From Patescibacteria group bacterium (lineage in GTDB: Bacteria; Patescibacteriota; Microgenomatia; UBA8517), in the NCBI GenBank assembly GCA_041742135.1, contig JBGSJG010000008.1:32518-96517 (forward strand): a stretch of 64,000 nucleotides of DNA. The letters are read 5' to 3'. The stretch's first letter is position 1. Each line of letters starts with the position of its first letter. Shown in pieces: positions 35,749-45,003 of this stretch. The position numbers were made by a program, and so were the translations under genes. Under the pieces are notes generated by a model, which did not search any database, was not told the DNA's origin, and saw only the letters and a program-made list of their open reading frames with translations.

Positions 35749-37369
35749 ATCAACTTATTTTTGGCTTTTGGTGCTTAGCCTGCCGGCGCTATGGTTTTTA
35801 GTTACTCCGGGGGGCTATGAGCCTCACGATTTTCACCATATTGCGGACATTCATCAAATGTATCGAGCAATAACATCGGGGCAAATTCCTCCAAGACTCG
35901 GCCCGGATTTTTATATGAGCTTTGGCTATCCACTATTTAATTACTACTATGTTTTGCCCTTTTATTTGGGCGCGGGATTTTTTGCCCTAACCGGGAGTTT
36001 GATGGAAGCCCTGAAGTGGGTTTTTCTGGCTTCAGGAATAGTTTCGGTACTGGGAATGTACGCCTTGCTTCGAAAATATTTCAGTAGTGCTGCTTCTGTG
36101 GCAGGTGCAGTCCTTTATCTGTACACACCTTTTCGCGCAGTTGAGATATATGTACGCGGTGCAATTGGCGAGGCTGTGGCAATTGCTCTTTTGCCCTGGG
36201 TTTTGTATGCATTTGTCGCTTTAGTTGGCAAAACCAATAAGAAAAATATCGCGCTTTTGGCCGTTGTTTTGGGTTTATTTTTTATTACTCACAACTACTT
36301 CTTTTTAATCGCTATGCCGTTTATCGGCCTTTTTACATTAATTGAGCTTCACGGGTCTGGCAAGTTTATTCAAAAAATACCCGCAGTACTTTCTGCTATC
36401 TTGCTAGGAATTTTGGCTTCTGCCTATTGGTGGTTACCTGCGTTTGTAGAACACCGTCTTGTGGCTTCGGCGACTCCATTCGCAATTCACGATCACTTTC
36501 CCTTTTTAAAACAGTTAATTTTGCCAAGTTGGGGATATGGCAGCTCAGTTTGGGGCCCGTATGATCTTATTTCTTTTCAAATTGGCATCGTGAATCTGAT
36601 AGCGGTTGCCGTTTCGATTCTTTTGTTTATCAAACTAAGAAACAACATGAATAGGCAATATAAAATCGCATTGCTTGCATTTGTCTTTTTTATGCTTTGC
36701 GTTTTTATGATGAACATCCGATCGATGCCTGTTTGGAAAATCATTCCCTTCACGAACTTCATTCAATTCCCATGGAGATTTTTAGGCTTCACCACCTTCT
36801 TCAGCTCGTTTTTGGCAGGGTTTGTAGTTGAGAATTTGCGTTGGCGTAAACTTGCGGCGCTTTTAGTTATAGCCTCTTGCATCATCTTGACTGTGGGGTA
36901 CTTTAGGCCGAGCGGGAATTTGCTTCGCACTAACGAGGAATATTTAAATCATTTTTTCAACAACACAATGTATAGTGAAGATTATTTGCAGACTCCAATT
37001 GGGGTTAGCGCAAAGCCCACAACTCCACTGGCAAAGTTTGAAGTCGAAGCTGGCGAGGTGTTGTCAATCGTGGAGGCCTCGCCTGTCAGTTGGCGAGCAG
37101 AGATCGTAGCAGAGTCTGGCTCGGTTGTTACAGCTAATGCTTTGGCCATTCCCGGATGGGTGGTTAAAGTTGATGGGAATCCGATCCAAACTCGATTTAA
37201 GGAACCCATGGGAAACATGGAGTTTTCTCTTTCCGCAGGCCTTCACACAGTTGAGCTTTCATGGGAGGAAACGGACTTGAGGCAGGTAGCAGACATCATG
37301 AGCCTAGCGGCACTACTAATTATTTGTTACCTATTTCTAGCGAGACCCCGTTCTCGTGCTACAATTTGA
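35735..37369 (+). CDS. GT-C-like membrane glycosyltransferase, 'YFPMHDD' family, divergent paralog 3
   Basis: YEPHDFHHIADIHQMYRAITSGQIPPRLGPDFYMSFGYPLFNYYYVLPFY and FRAVEIYVRGAIGEAVA. Same architecture as paralogs 1 and 2. Confidence 0.45.
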   Translation: MKLHKSTYFWLLVLSLPALWFLVTPGGYEPHDFHHIADIHQMYRAITSGQIPPRLGPDFYMSFGYPLFNYYYVLPFYLGAGFFALTGSLMEALKWVFLASGIVSVLGMYALLRKYFSSAASVAGAVLYLYTPFRAVEIYVRGAIGEAVAIALLPWVLYAFVALVGKTNKKNIALLAVVLGLFFITHNYFFLIAMPFIGLFTLIELHGSGKFIQKIPAVLSAILLGILASAYWWLPAFVEHRLVASATPFAIHDHFPFLKQLILPSWGYGSSVWGPYDLISFQIGIVNLIAVAVSILLFIKLRNNMNRQYKIALLAFVFFMLCVFMMNIRSMPVWKIIPFTNFIQFPWRFLGFTTFFSSFLAGFVVENLRWRKLAALLVIASCIILTVGYFRPSGNLLRTNEEYLNHFFNNTMYSEDYLQTPIGVSAKPTTPLAKFEVEAGEVLSIVEASPVSWRAEIVAESGSVVTANALAIPGWVVKVDGNPIQTRFKEPMGNMEFSLSAGLHTVELSWEETDLRQVADIMSLAALLIICYLFLARPRSRATI

Positions 37370-38835
37370 GTGTGGAAGACAAGTTTGAGCTAGGTTTGGA
37401 TGAGGTTAAAAAACGTGCCGTGCGTGGGGTGGTTGCCATAATGGGGCGCGGTTTTTTTATTCAATTTGTTGCTCAAATCTCACAATTTTTTCTCTTAGCA
37501 TTTTTAAGTGTCGAGGAAATGGGAGTGTTTTGGATTGTTTCAGCAGCTGTAGGTTTTTTCATATTCTTTTCCGATATTGGCCTCGCGGCAGCGCTTATAC
37601 AAAAGAGGGAAAAACCAACCACCGAGGACTTAAGAACCACCTTTACTGTTCAGCAAACTCTAATACTACTTCTTTTGGGAGTAATCTATGTTCTGACACC
37701 ATATTTTAAAAATATTTATAATCTCAGTGACCAGGGTGTAATTTTGCTATATGCTCTTGGGTTTTCACTTTTTTTGTCATCCTTAAAAAGCATCCCTTCT
37801 GTCCTTCTTGAGCGAAAACTGGAATTTTCAAAATTTATAATTCCCGATTTACTCGAGAGCGTGGTTTATAGTTTTGTGGTGGTTTTTTTGGCATGGAAGG
37901 GATTTGGCATTACCAGTTTTAGCTATGCCGTAATCCTAAGAGGCATCGTGGGAGTTGTTGCCATGTATTCACTACAGCCTTGGAGGCCGGGCTTGGCATT
38001 TGCCAAAAAATCTTTATTTGCGCTTTTTAAATTCGGCGTTCCTTACCAAATTAATCAACTTGTTGCGCTTCTTAAAGATCGAGGAGTAACGCTTGCTCTG
38101 GGGGCAGTTTTGGGGCCAAGTGGTGTTGGGTACTTGGGGACTGCTGAGCGCATGAGCCAAATACCACTACGACAATTTCTAGATCCAGTAACCAAAGTGA
38201 CATTTCCAGCATTTGCCAGGATGCAAAACGATAAAAACGAGCTTGCTCAAAGCGTTTCAAGGTCTTTGATGGTGATAAGTTTTTTTGTATTTCCTTGGGC
38301 GGTGGGCATGTGGCTTGTGGCACCACTTCTTTTGAAAGTCATCCCAAACTATGCCAAATGGGAGCCTTCTTTGATTCCTTTGGGCTTTATGACCATAAAC
38401 GTTTTGTTCGCTGCCGTTACTACCCAGCTTACCAACATGCTCATGGCCATTGGCCGAATTAAAACAGTTTCTCTCTTGATTGGCATGTGGGCAATTTTGA
38501 CAATAGCCTTTGTCCCGACTTTAGGTCATTTTTACGGGGTTAATGGCGCTGCGTTAGGCTACGCCATGGTTTCTTCAACTTCAGTGATCGCAATAATAAT
38601 CGCCAAAAAATATGTCGATTTTTCTTTACTTGGAGTGGCAAAGACGGCCGCGGCAACTATCGCGATGGCTTTGGTAGTATTCGTGGCTCGTGCCTTCGCT
38701 CCACCAACTCTTCCGGCCATCGGAGTGTTGATTGCGATGGGCGGACTTGTCTATGTAGCAGTCTCTTACCTCTTGTTGGGTAAAAGCCTCATAACCGATG
38801 CTAAGAAATTTATTAAAGCATTTTTCAACAAATAG
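37366..38835 (+). CDS. Wzx/MOP-superfamily oligosaccharide flippase (polysaccharide biosynthesis protein)
   Basis: About 12-14 TM helices; GRGFFIQFVAQISQFFLLAFLSVEEMGVFWIVSAAVGFFIFFSDIGLAAALIQKRE is typical of Wzx/RfbX. Start tentatively the TTG at 37366 (or GTG at 37372), just after the upstream stop at 37369; the track ORF starts at 37261 inside the upstream gene. Confidence 0.6.
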   Translation: MSVEDKFELGLDEVKKRAVRGVVAIMGRGFFIQFVAQISQFFLLAFLSVEEMGVFWIVSAAVGFFIFFSDIGLAAALIQKREKPTTEDLRTTFTVQQTLILLLLGVIYVLTPYFKNIYNLSDQGVILLYALGFSLFLSSLKSIPSVLLERKLEFSKFIIPDLLESVVYSFVVVFLAWKGFGITSFSYAVILRGIVGVVAMYSLQPWRPGLAFAKKSLFALFKFGVPYQINQLVALLKDRGVTLALGAVLGPSGVGYLGTAERMSQIPLRQFLDPVTKVTFPAFARMQNDKNELAQSVSRSLMVISFFVFPWAVGMWLVAPLLLKVIPNYAKWEPSLIPLGFMTINVLFAAVTTQLTNMLMAIGRIKTVSLLIGMWAILTIAFVPTLGHFYGVNGAALGYAMVSSTSVIAIIIAKKYVDFSLLGVAKTAAATIAMALVVFVARAFAPPTLPAIGVLIAMGGLVYVAVSYLLLGKSLITDAKKFIKAFFNK

Positions 38836-40486
38836 AGCTGTAACTCTTCTTATTCTCGCCGGAACCGTCGTTTGGTCGCTGACTATGGTTAAAAGCGGGA
38901 TTTTGTACGACTACGGACTAGGTTTCTGGGGACCAAATGGGCACGATGGAGTTTGGCATCTTTCCCTTGCTGGTTCGCTGTCGAGAGGCTCTATACAGAT
39001 GCCCGTATTTGCTGGAGAGGCGCTCCAAAATTACCATTTAGGTTTTGATTTGCTTCTGGCCGGTCTGTATAGAATCACGGGGATTCCTCTGGCGCTATGG
39101 TATTTTCAAATTATTCCAGTATTTACCGCGTTATCAATTGGGGTATTAACTTACGTTTTTGTTTTGTCTTGGAAAAAAAATAAAAGTGCAGCCTTTTGGA
39201 GTACGTTTTTGGTTTATTTTGCGGGCAACTTGGGTTGGGTTGTAAATATTTTCAAAACTGGTTCTTTGGGAGGAGAATCAATCTTCTGGGCTCAGCCTGC
39301 GGTTCTCACTCTTATTAATCCTCCTTTTGCGCTGTCATTGGTCTTTATTTTGGCCGGACTCTATTTTGTCACCAAATCTCGAGTAATTCTTGCGGCTATT
39401 TGTTTCGGGGTTTTGATTCAAATCAAAGCATATGCCGGTGTCATTGTTTTAGGAGCGCTTCTTGTAAGCGCAGTATACGAGTTTTTAAGTAGAAGAACCT
39501 TTGTCTTTTCACGAATATCTCTTGTTTCGCTTTTGATTTCGCTGATTATCTTTTTGCCATTTCTGTCTTCAAGTTCGCTTTTGGAGCTTAAACCCTTTTG
39601 GTTTTTGGAAACCATGATGGCTTTTCCTGATCGGTTTGGCTGGGCACAATTTGGTGAAGCCATGGTCAATTATCGGCTCGCTGGTAATTTTATTAAGTCA
39701 CTGGCAGCGTACTCTCTTGCCTTTGTCATCTTTTGGTATGGAAATATGGGAGTAAGGTTTTTGGGCGAGTTTTACGTAGCAAGTTTTGCAAAAAACAAAA
39801 GAAAACCTTCGGTCCTGGATGTTTTACTAATTAGTGCAATTTTAATCGGTACCCTTATGGCAATGCTTTTTGTTCAAAAGGGTACAGCTTGGAACACGAT
39901 CCAGTTTTATTACTATTCGCTATTTTTTGCCTCACTTCTGTCGGGAATAGTTTTTGCGGGGATACTTAAGAATTTCTCAAGTCGCAAGCTTGGATCACTT
40001 GTTGCCCTTGGCATGATCGTATTTTGCATACCAACTACCATTTCGGTCCTAAAGCATTACTTGCCCGCCCGCCCGCCGGCCATGATTTCAGTAAATGAAC
40101 TTGCAGCATTGAATTTTCTTAAAAATCAGCAAGATGGAGTAGTTTTGGTTATGCCATTTGACCGAAAAGCTGCCCAGGATGCGGTGAGTAAGCCGCCAAG
40201 GCCGCTTTATTTGTATGAGTCTACTGCATATGTCTCCGCTTTTTCGGGTAAGCCCGTGTGGCTTGAAGACGAGGTGAATCTGGATATTACTGGCTACGAT
40301 TGGCCGGCAAGACGTACCGAGCTTACACTTGCGCTTGAGAGTTCGTCAAGCTTTTCGGCCTTTGTTGAGTCAAATAATATTTCCTACGTTTATGTCGCCC
40401 AAGATCAGGCAGAAAAGTATAAAAACGTACTAGGTGGCCTAAATAAAATATATTCTGCGGAGTCTGAAATTTACAAAATAGACTAG
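38798..40486 (+). CDS. Multi-pass membrane protein, candidate glycan polymerase/ligase (Wzy-like) or GT-C
   Basis: About 12 TM helices, a large loop with GPNGHDGVWHLSLAGSL, and a C-terminal soluble region. Sits directly downstream of the Wzx-like gene. Confidence 0.3.
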   Translation: MLRNLLKHFSTNRAVTLLILAGTVVWSLTMVKSGILYDYGLGFWGPNGHDGVWHLSLAGSLSRGSIQMPVFAGEALQNYHLGFDLLLAGLYRITGIPLALWYFQIIPVFTALSIGVLTYVFVLSWKKNKSAAFWSTFLVYFAGNLGWVVNIFKTGSLGGESIFWAQPAVLTLINPPFALSLVFILAGLYFVTKSRVILAAICFGVLIQIKAYAGVIVLGALLVSAVYEFLSRRTFVFSRISLVSLLISLIIFLPFLSSSSLLELKPFWFLETMMAFPDRFGWAQFGEAMVNYRLAGNFIKSLAAYSLAFVIFWYGNMGVRFLGEFYVASFAKNKRKPSVLDVLLISAILIGTLMAMLFVQKGTAWNTIQFYYYSLFFASLLSGIVFAGILKNFSSRKLGSLVALGMIVFCIPTTISVLKHYLPARPPAMISVNELAALNFLKNQQDGVVLVMPFDRKAAQDAVSKPPRPLYLYESTAYVSAFSGKPVWLEDEVNLDITGYDWPARRTELTLALESSSSFSAFVESNNISYVYVAQDQAEKYKNVLGGLNKIYSAESEIYKID

Positions 40487-40507
40487 CTCTTCTGTTACAA
40501 TCAAGCT

Positions 40508-41407
40508 ATGGCAAGCATTTCTGTAGTCATAAATACCCTAAACGAGGAGCATCATTTGCCCGCCGCACTAAAGTCAGTCACTAATTGGGCACAAGAGATT
40601 GTAGTCGTTGATATGCATTCGACTGATAAAACGACTGAAATTGCTAAAAGTTTCGGAGCAAAAGTCTTTCTTCACGAACCCATGGGCTACGTTGAGCCTG
40701 CACGTAATTTTGCGATCGCAAAAGCCACCAGCGAGTGGATTTTGATTTTAGATGCCGACGAGGAGATCCCTAGTGAATTGGCTAAAAAACTTGAGAGCCT
40801 GGCGAAGGCAAGTGAGTACGACTATTTTTCAATTCCCAGAAAGAACATTGTTTTTAAGAAATGGTTAAAATATTCCCGTTGGTGGCCTGATTACAACATT
40901 CGTTTTTTTAGAAAAAATGCGGTCAGTTGGATGCCCGAAATTCATTCTATTCCCTTAACCCAGGGTAAAGGTATGGATCTTGAGGCGAAAGTGGAGTTTG
41001 CAATTGTTCATCATAACTATGACTCGATCGAGAGTTTCATTCAAAGACTAAATAGATATTCAACTGTCCAGGCTCATGAGCAAAAAAATGCAGGTCGCAA
41101 ATCTTCTTGGAGAAATTTCATTCGAAAACCTGTGTCTGAGTTTTTGGGAAGATATTTTGTTGGTAAAGGATACAAAGACGGGGCACACGGCTTGGCAGTG
41201 AGTTTGCTTCAGGCCTTCTCGGAGTTGGTGGTTGAGCTTAAGCTCTGGGAGCTTTCAAAGTTTAAGGAAAAAGAAATAAGCTTGAAAACACTTAGCGCGG
41301 AGCTCAGAAATAATCAAAAAGAGATAAATTACTGGGTCAACGAAGCACTTGTTAACGAAACTGGTGGAATTATTTCCAAAGTGAAACGGAAGTTCAAACT
41401 TCTATAA
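40508..41407 (+). CDS. GT2 family glycosyltransferase (WaaE/KdtX-like), paralog A
   Basis: ISVVINTLNEEHHL...VVVDMHSTDKTTEIAKSFGAKV...ILDADEEIP. Confidence 0.65.
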   Translation: MASISVVINTLNEEHHLPAALKSVTNWAQEIVVVDMHSTDKTTEIAKSFGAKVFLHEPMGYVEPARNFAIAKATSEWILILDADEEIPSELAKKLESLAKASEYDYFSIPRKNIVFKKWLKYSRWWPDYNIRFFRKNAVSWMPEIHSIPLTQGKGMDLEAKVEFAIVHHNYDSIESFIQRLNRYSTVQAHEQKNAGRKSSWRNFIRKPVSEFLGRYFVGKGYKDGAHGLAVSLLQAFSELVVELKLWELSKFKEKEISLKTLSAELRNNQKEINYWVNEALVNETGGIISKVKRKFKLL

Positions 41408-41411
41408 TTAA

Positions 41412-42326
41412 ATGATAAGCGTCTACGCAATAATCTTAAACTGGAATAGAAAAGTTGACACGATAGAGTGTTTAAAAAGTATAGCGAAGACTAAAAAAAG
41501 CGGGTTTAATTTGACTACTGTTGTTGTTGATAATGCATCTACTGATGGTTCAGTCGATGAAATCAAGAAATTTGTAAATAACCAAGATACAATTTTGATT
41601 GTTAATGATTCCAATTTAGGTTTCGCCGCCGGCAATAATGTTGGGATAAATTACGCACTTTTTCACTCGGCAGAGTACATTTTAGTTTTAAACAACGACA
41701 CAAGACTTGATGTGAATTTGCTGCATGAGCTTGTAGAGGCAGCTTCAAAAAGTCCTCGAGGGGGCGCATTTTCACCAAAGATTTATTTTGAAAAAGGCTA
41801 CGAATTTCACAAAAAAAGGTATTCAGAAAGTGATTTAGGAAAGGTTATTTGGGCTGCAGGTGGAATCATGGATTGGAATAACGTTTATGGAATTAACCGT
41901 GGAGTTGACGAAGTTGATGCCGGCCAGTATGACAAAAGTTTAAATATCGAGTTTGCTACAGGAGCATGTGTTTTATATAGCGCTTCGGCTCTTAAAAAAG
42001 TTGGAGTTTTTGATGAAAAATACTTCATGTATTACGAGGACGTGGATCTTTCAATTCGTTTGGCACGTGCTGGTTTTGCGATACACTTCGTACCTAAAGC
42101 AGTTTTATGGCACAAAGTAGCACAAAGTTCAGGAATCGGAAGTGGACTGAACGATTACTTTATTGCACGAAACAGGATGCTCTTTGGGCTTAAATACGCA
42201 TCAGTAAGAACAATACTTGCTTTGTTTCGAGAAAGCATTAAGCTTTTGCGCAAAGGCAGGGCTTGGCAAAGAATTGGGATCAAGGATTTTTACTTGAGCA
42301 AATTTGGCAAAGGAAGCTGGAAATGA
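41412..42326 (+). CDS. GT2 family glycosyltransferase (WbbL/rhamnosyltransferase-like)
   Basis: ISVYAIILNWNRKVDTIECLKSI...VVVDNASTDGS...LVLNNDTRLD. Confidence 0.65.
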   Translation: MISVYAIILNWNRKVDTIECLKSIAKTKKSGFNLTTVVVDNASTDGSVDEIKKFVNNQDTILIVNDSNLGFAAGNNVGINYALFHSAEYILVLNNDTRLDVNLLHELVEAASKSPRGGAFSPKIYFEKGYEFHKKRYSESDLGKVIWAAGGIMDWNNVYGINRGVDEVDAGQYDKSLNIEFATGACVLYSASALKKVGVFDEKYFMYYEDVDLSIRLARAGFAIHFVPKAVLWHKVAQSSGIGSGLNDYFIARNRMLFGLKYASVRTILALFRESIKLLRKGRAWQRIGIKDFYLSKFGKGSWK

Positions 42327-43093
42327 AAATATCTGCAGTAATTATCGCCAAGAACGAAGAGGTGATGCTCTCAGATTGTTTGGCCACGCTAAAATGGGCA
42401 GACGAAATTGTACTTATTGATAATGGCTCAACTGACAACACAGCAAAAATAGCTCGATCAGCCGGGGCGCGAGTGATCAATTTTCCTAAAGGGAAAAATT
42501 ATTCCGACCTTCGCAAAAAAGGAGCAAGCGAGGCAAAATTTGAGTGGATCTTGTATGTCGATGCTGACGAGCGCATTCCGGAAAACTTGGCTCGCGAGGT
42601 TGTGAGTATTGTTAAAAGTGAAAGTGCCTTAAATGCTTATGCGATACCAAGGCGAAATTTCGTCTTAGGTAAAGAGCTAAAACACGGTGGGTTTTGGCCG
42701 GATTATCAAAAACGTTTTTTTAGAAAAAAGGGACTTTCGGGCTGGAGTGGAAAAGTTCACGAGGAGCCAATTTTTAAAGGTGAATTGGGACTTCTAGTTA
42801 ACCCTATGCTTCACATTAAGCATGAAGATTTGTCTCAGATGGTTGAAAAAACAAATAATTGGTCGGAAATCGAAGGAAGATTGATGTTGGAAGCAAATCA
42901 TCCGCCGATGAATGTTCTACGCTTTTTAAGTGCCATGGCTCGCGAATTTTGGCTTAGGATGATTGCTAAAAAAGCTTTTTTAGATGGAAAGATTGGAGTT
43001 ATTTTTGCCCTGTATCAAGTGTTTAGCAAATTTGTTTCTTATGCCAAACTTTGGGAGATGCAACTCACACAAAATGAAAGCAGCAATAGTTAA
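42323..43093 (+). CDS. GT2 family glycosyltransferase (WaaE/KdtX-like), paralog B
   Basis: MKISAVIIAKNEEVML...VLIDNGSTDNTAKIARSAGARV...YVDADERIP. Start taken at ATG 42323 (ATGA overlap with the upstream stop). Confidence 0.65.
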   Translation: MKISAVIIAKNEEVMLSDCLATLKWADEIVLIDNGSTDNTAKIARSAGARVINFPKGKNYSDLRKKGASEAKFEWILYVDADERIPENLAREVVSIVKSESALNAYAIPRRNFVLGKELKHGGFWPDYQKRFFRKKGLSGWSGKVHEEPIFKGELGLLVNPMLHIKHEDLSQMVEKTNNWSEIEGRLMLEANHPPMNVLRFLSAMAREFWLRMIAKKAFLDGKIGVIFALYQVFSKFVSYAKLWEMQLTQNESSNS

Positions 43094-44096
43094 TCCGTAT
43101 TGGGACAGCTTGGGTGGTGGTGAGCGCTACTGTATTGGTGTGATTAAAGCCTTCGAAAATAAAGGGTACGCGGTTACGTTACAGTGGCCGGACCCCGCGA
43201 TTACTTCTCATCTTGAAAAAAGATTTGGAATTAAACTCGCAAGCGTAAAAGTAGCCAGTGATGTGAATCGGGGAGACGGGTATGATGCTTGTTTCTGGGT
43301 TTCAGATGGCAGTATCCCAACTTTAAAATCTAGAAATAACATCTTGCATTTTCAGGTTCCCTTTAGCGATGTAGGAGGCCGTACTCTGATCAATAAAATG
43401 AAGTTTATGCGAGTCAAAAATATCGTCGCAAATTCAGAGTTTACAAAAAGAGTAGTAGATCGAGAATACGGGATAAAAAGCAAAGTTGTTTATCCTCCAG
43501 TGTCTGTTTCCATGTTTCATCCTAAAAAGAAAGAAAATTGCATTTGTTATATCGGTCGTTTTTCCAAACTCGTACAACACAAAAGACAAGACATACTGAT
43601 TGAAGTGTTTAAGAAATTTTACAAGACTCACAAAAATTGGAAGTTAATTTTAGCGGGAGGGGCTGAAGTCGGGAATGATGTGACAGCATCGTTACGCGAT
43701 TTGGCTAAGGGCTATCCTATCGAAATAATAGAAAGCCCAAGCTTTAATGAAGTTCGAGACATTGTGGGAAAATCTAAAATATTTTGGTCAGCTGCTGGCT
43801 ATGGTGTTGACGAAACCCGTGATCCTTCGGGAGTCGAACATTTTGGAATAACGCTGATTGAAGCTATGGCCGCAAAAGCCGTGCCCGTAGTTGTCGGCAA
43901 AGGTGGCTTTACTGAGATAATCGAAAAAGACGTCACTGGATTTCTGTGGATCAGAAAACAAGAACTTGTTGATTATTCGGATTTAGTAGCAACAGACTAC
44001 AAACTTTACAGACAAATGTCGTCCGCAGCCAAAACACGAAGTGCAGATTTTTCAGAAAAAGTTTTTGAAGATAGTTTCGGAAGTTTAATTAATTAA
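43074..44096 (+). CDS. GT4 family glycosyltransferase
   Basis: EHFGITLIEAMAAKAVPVVVGKGGFTEII (GT4 E-x7-E region). Start taken at ATG 43074. Confidence 0.65.
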   Translation: MKAAIVNPYWDSLGGGERYCIGVIKAFENKGYAVTLQWPDPAITSHLEKRFGIKLASVKVASDVNRGDGYDACFWVSDGSIPTLKSRNNILHFQVPFSDVGGRTLINKMKFMRVKNIVANSEFTKRVVDREYGIKSKVVYPPVSVSMFHPKKKENCICYIGRFSKLVQHKRQDILIEVFKKFYKTHKNWKLILAGGAEVGNDVTASLRDLAKGYPIEIIESPSFNEVRDIVGKSKIFWSAAGYGVDETRDPSGVEHFGITLIEAMAAKAVPVVVGKGGFTEIIEKDVTGFLWIRKQELVDYSDLVATDYKLYRQMSSAAKTRSADFSEKVFEDSFGSLIN

Positions 44097-44097
44097 A

Positions 44098-45003
44098 GTG
44101 AAAAAAGTTGAAATATCAGTCGTTATCCCAAATTGGAACGGGGCATTTTTGCTTAAAAAAAATCTACCAAAAGTTATCGCGGCCAGTAAAAACAAGGTTA
44201 ACAATATCATTGAGATAATTATTGTCGACGACTTTTCAGGGGACGACTCTGTAGATTTACTTGAAAAAGAATTTGCATCAGACGTTCGTTTAATTAAACA
44301 TCAAAAAAATCAACGCTTTGCGGCCACCGTAAATACTGGCGTGCGTTTTTCTAAAGGGACGCATGTGTGTTTACTCAACACGGACGTTATCCCTACAGAG
44401 AACTTTCTGGAAAAAGTTATACCTAGCTTAAAAGACAAGCGCGTGTTTGGCGTTACGTTGCATGAAATTGGGTTTGGGCCAGCGGGTGGCTCGTTTGACG
44501 GTTATCTTGCCCACTACGGAAAGCCCGCAAGTACTTCAATTGAAAATACGCTTTGGATCAGTGGTGGCTCTGGAGTCTTTTCAAAAGAAAAGTGGCAAGA
44601 GCTTCATGGGTTGGATAGTGAGCTTTTTTCGCCGTTTTATTGGGAAGATGTTGACTTGGGGTACCGAGCTCATAAGCGTGGCTACCAGTTACTTTGGGAG
44701 CCTGGTGCTTTGGTTACACATAAACATGAATCCGTCACTAACCCAAAAAATTTTAAAAAAAGCTATTTATCTTTAATGAAGGAAAGAAACGAACTCTTAT
44801 TTATTTGGAAAAACATTACCAGTAAGAATCTTTTTGCAAAACATAAAAAGGCAGTTGTGGAAAGGATGATTAAGCATCCGGGCTACGCTAAAGTGGTGAT
44901 AGCAGCACTTCGTCGGTGGAATTTAGTCATGTCTCGTCGCGGACGCGAAAAAGCTGAATCTGTTGTTTCTGACGAAATGATCTTTGAAAAATTCTCCGTA
45001 TGA
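44098..45003 (+). CDS. GT2 family glycosyltransferase
   Basis: ISVVIPNWNGAFLL...IIVDDFSGDDS...LLNTDVIP. Confidence 0.65.
   Translation: MKKVEISVVIPNWNGAFLLKKNLPKVIAASKNKVNNIIEIIIVDDFSGDDSVDLLEKEFASDVRLIKHQKNQRFAATVNTGVRFSKGTHVCLLNTDVIPTENFLEKVIPSLKDKRVFGVTLHEIGFGPAGGSFDGYLAHYGKPASTSIENTLWISGGSGVFSKEKWQELHGLDSELFSPFYWEDVDLGYRAHKRGYQLLWEPGALVTHKHESVTNPKNFKKSYLSLMKERNELLFIWKNITSKNLFAKHKKAVVERMIKHPGYAKVVIAALRRWNLVMSRRGREKAESVVSDEMIFEKFSV

Noticed and set aside
32468-37369. Considered calling the three 'YFPMHDD' proteins oligosaccharyltransferases (PglB/AglB-like) because of the DD motif and C-terminal soluble domain.
   Set aside because: They lack the WWDYG motif and the size (~700+ aa) of STT3/PglB/AglB, and the C-terminal domain is followed by a TM anchor. 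Left as an unclassified GT-C family with a YfhO-like hypothesis only.
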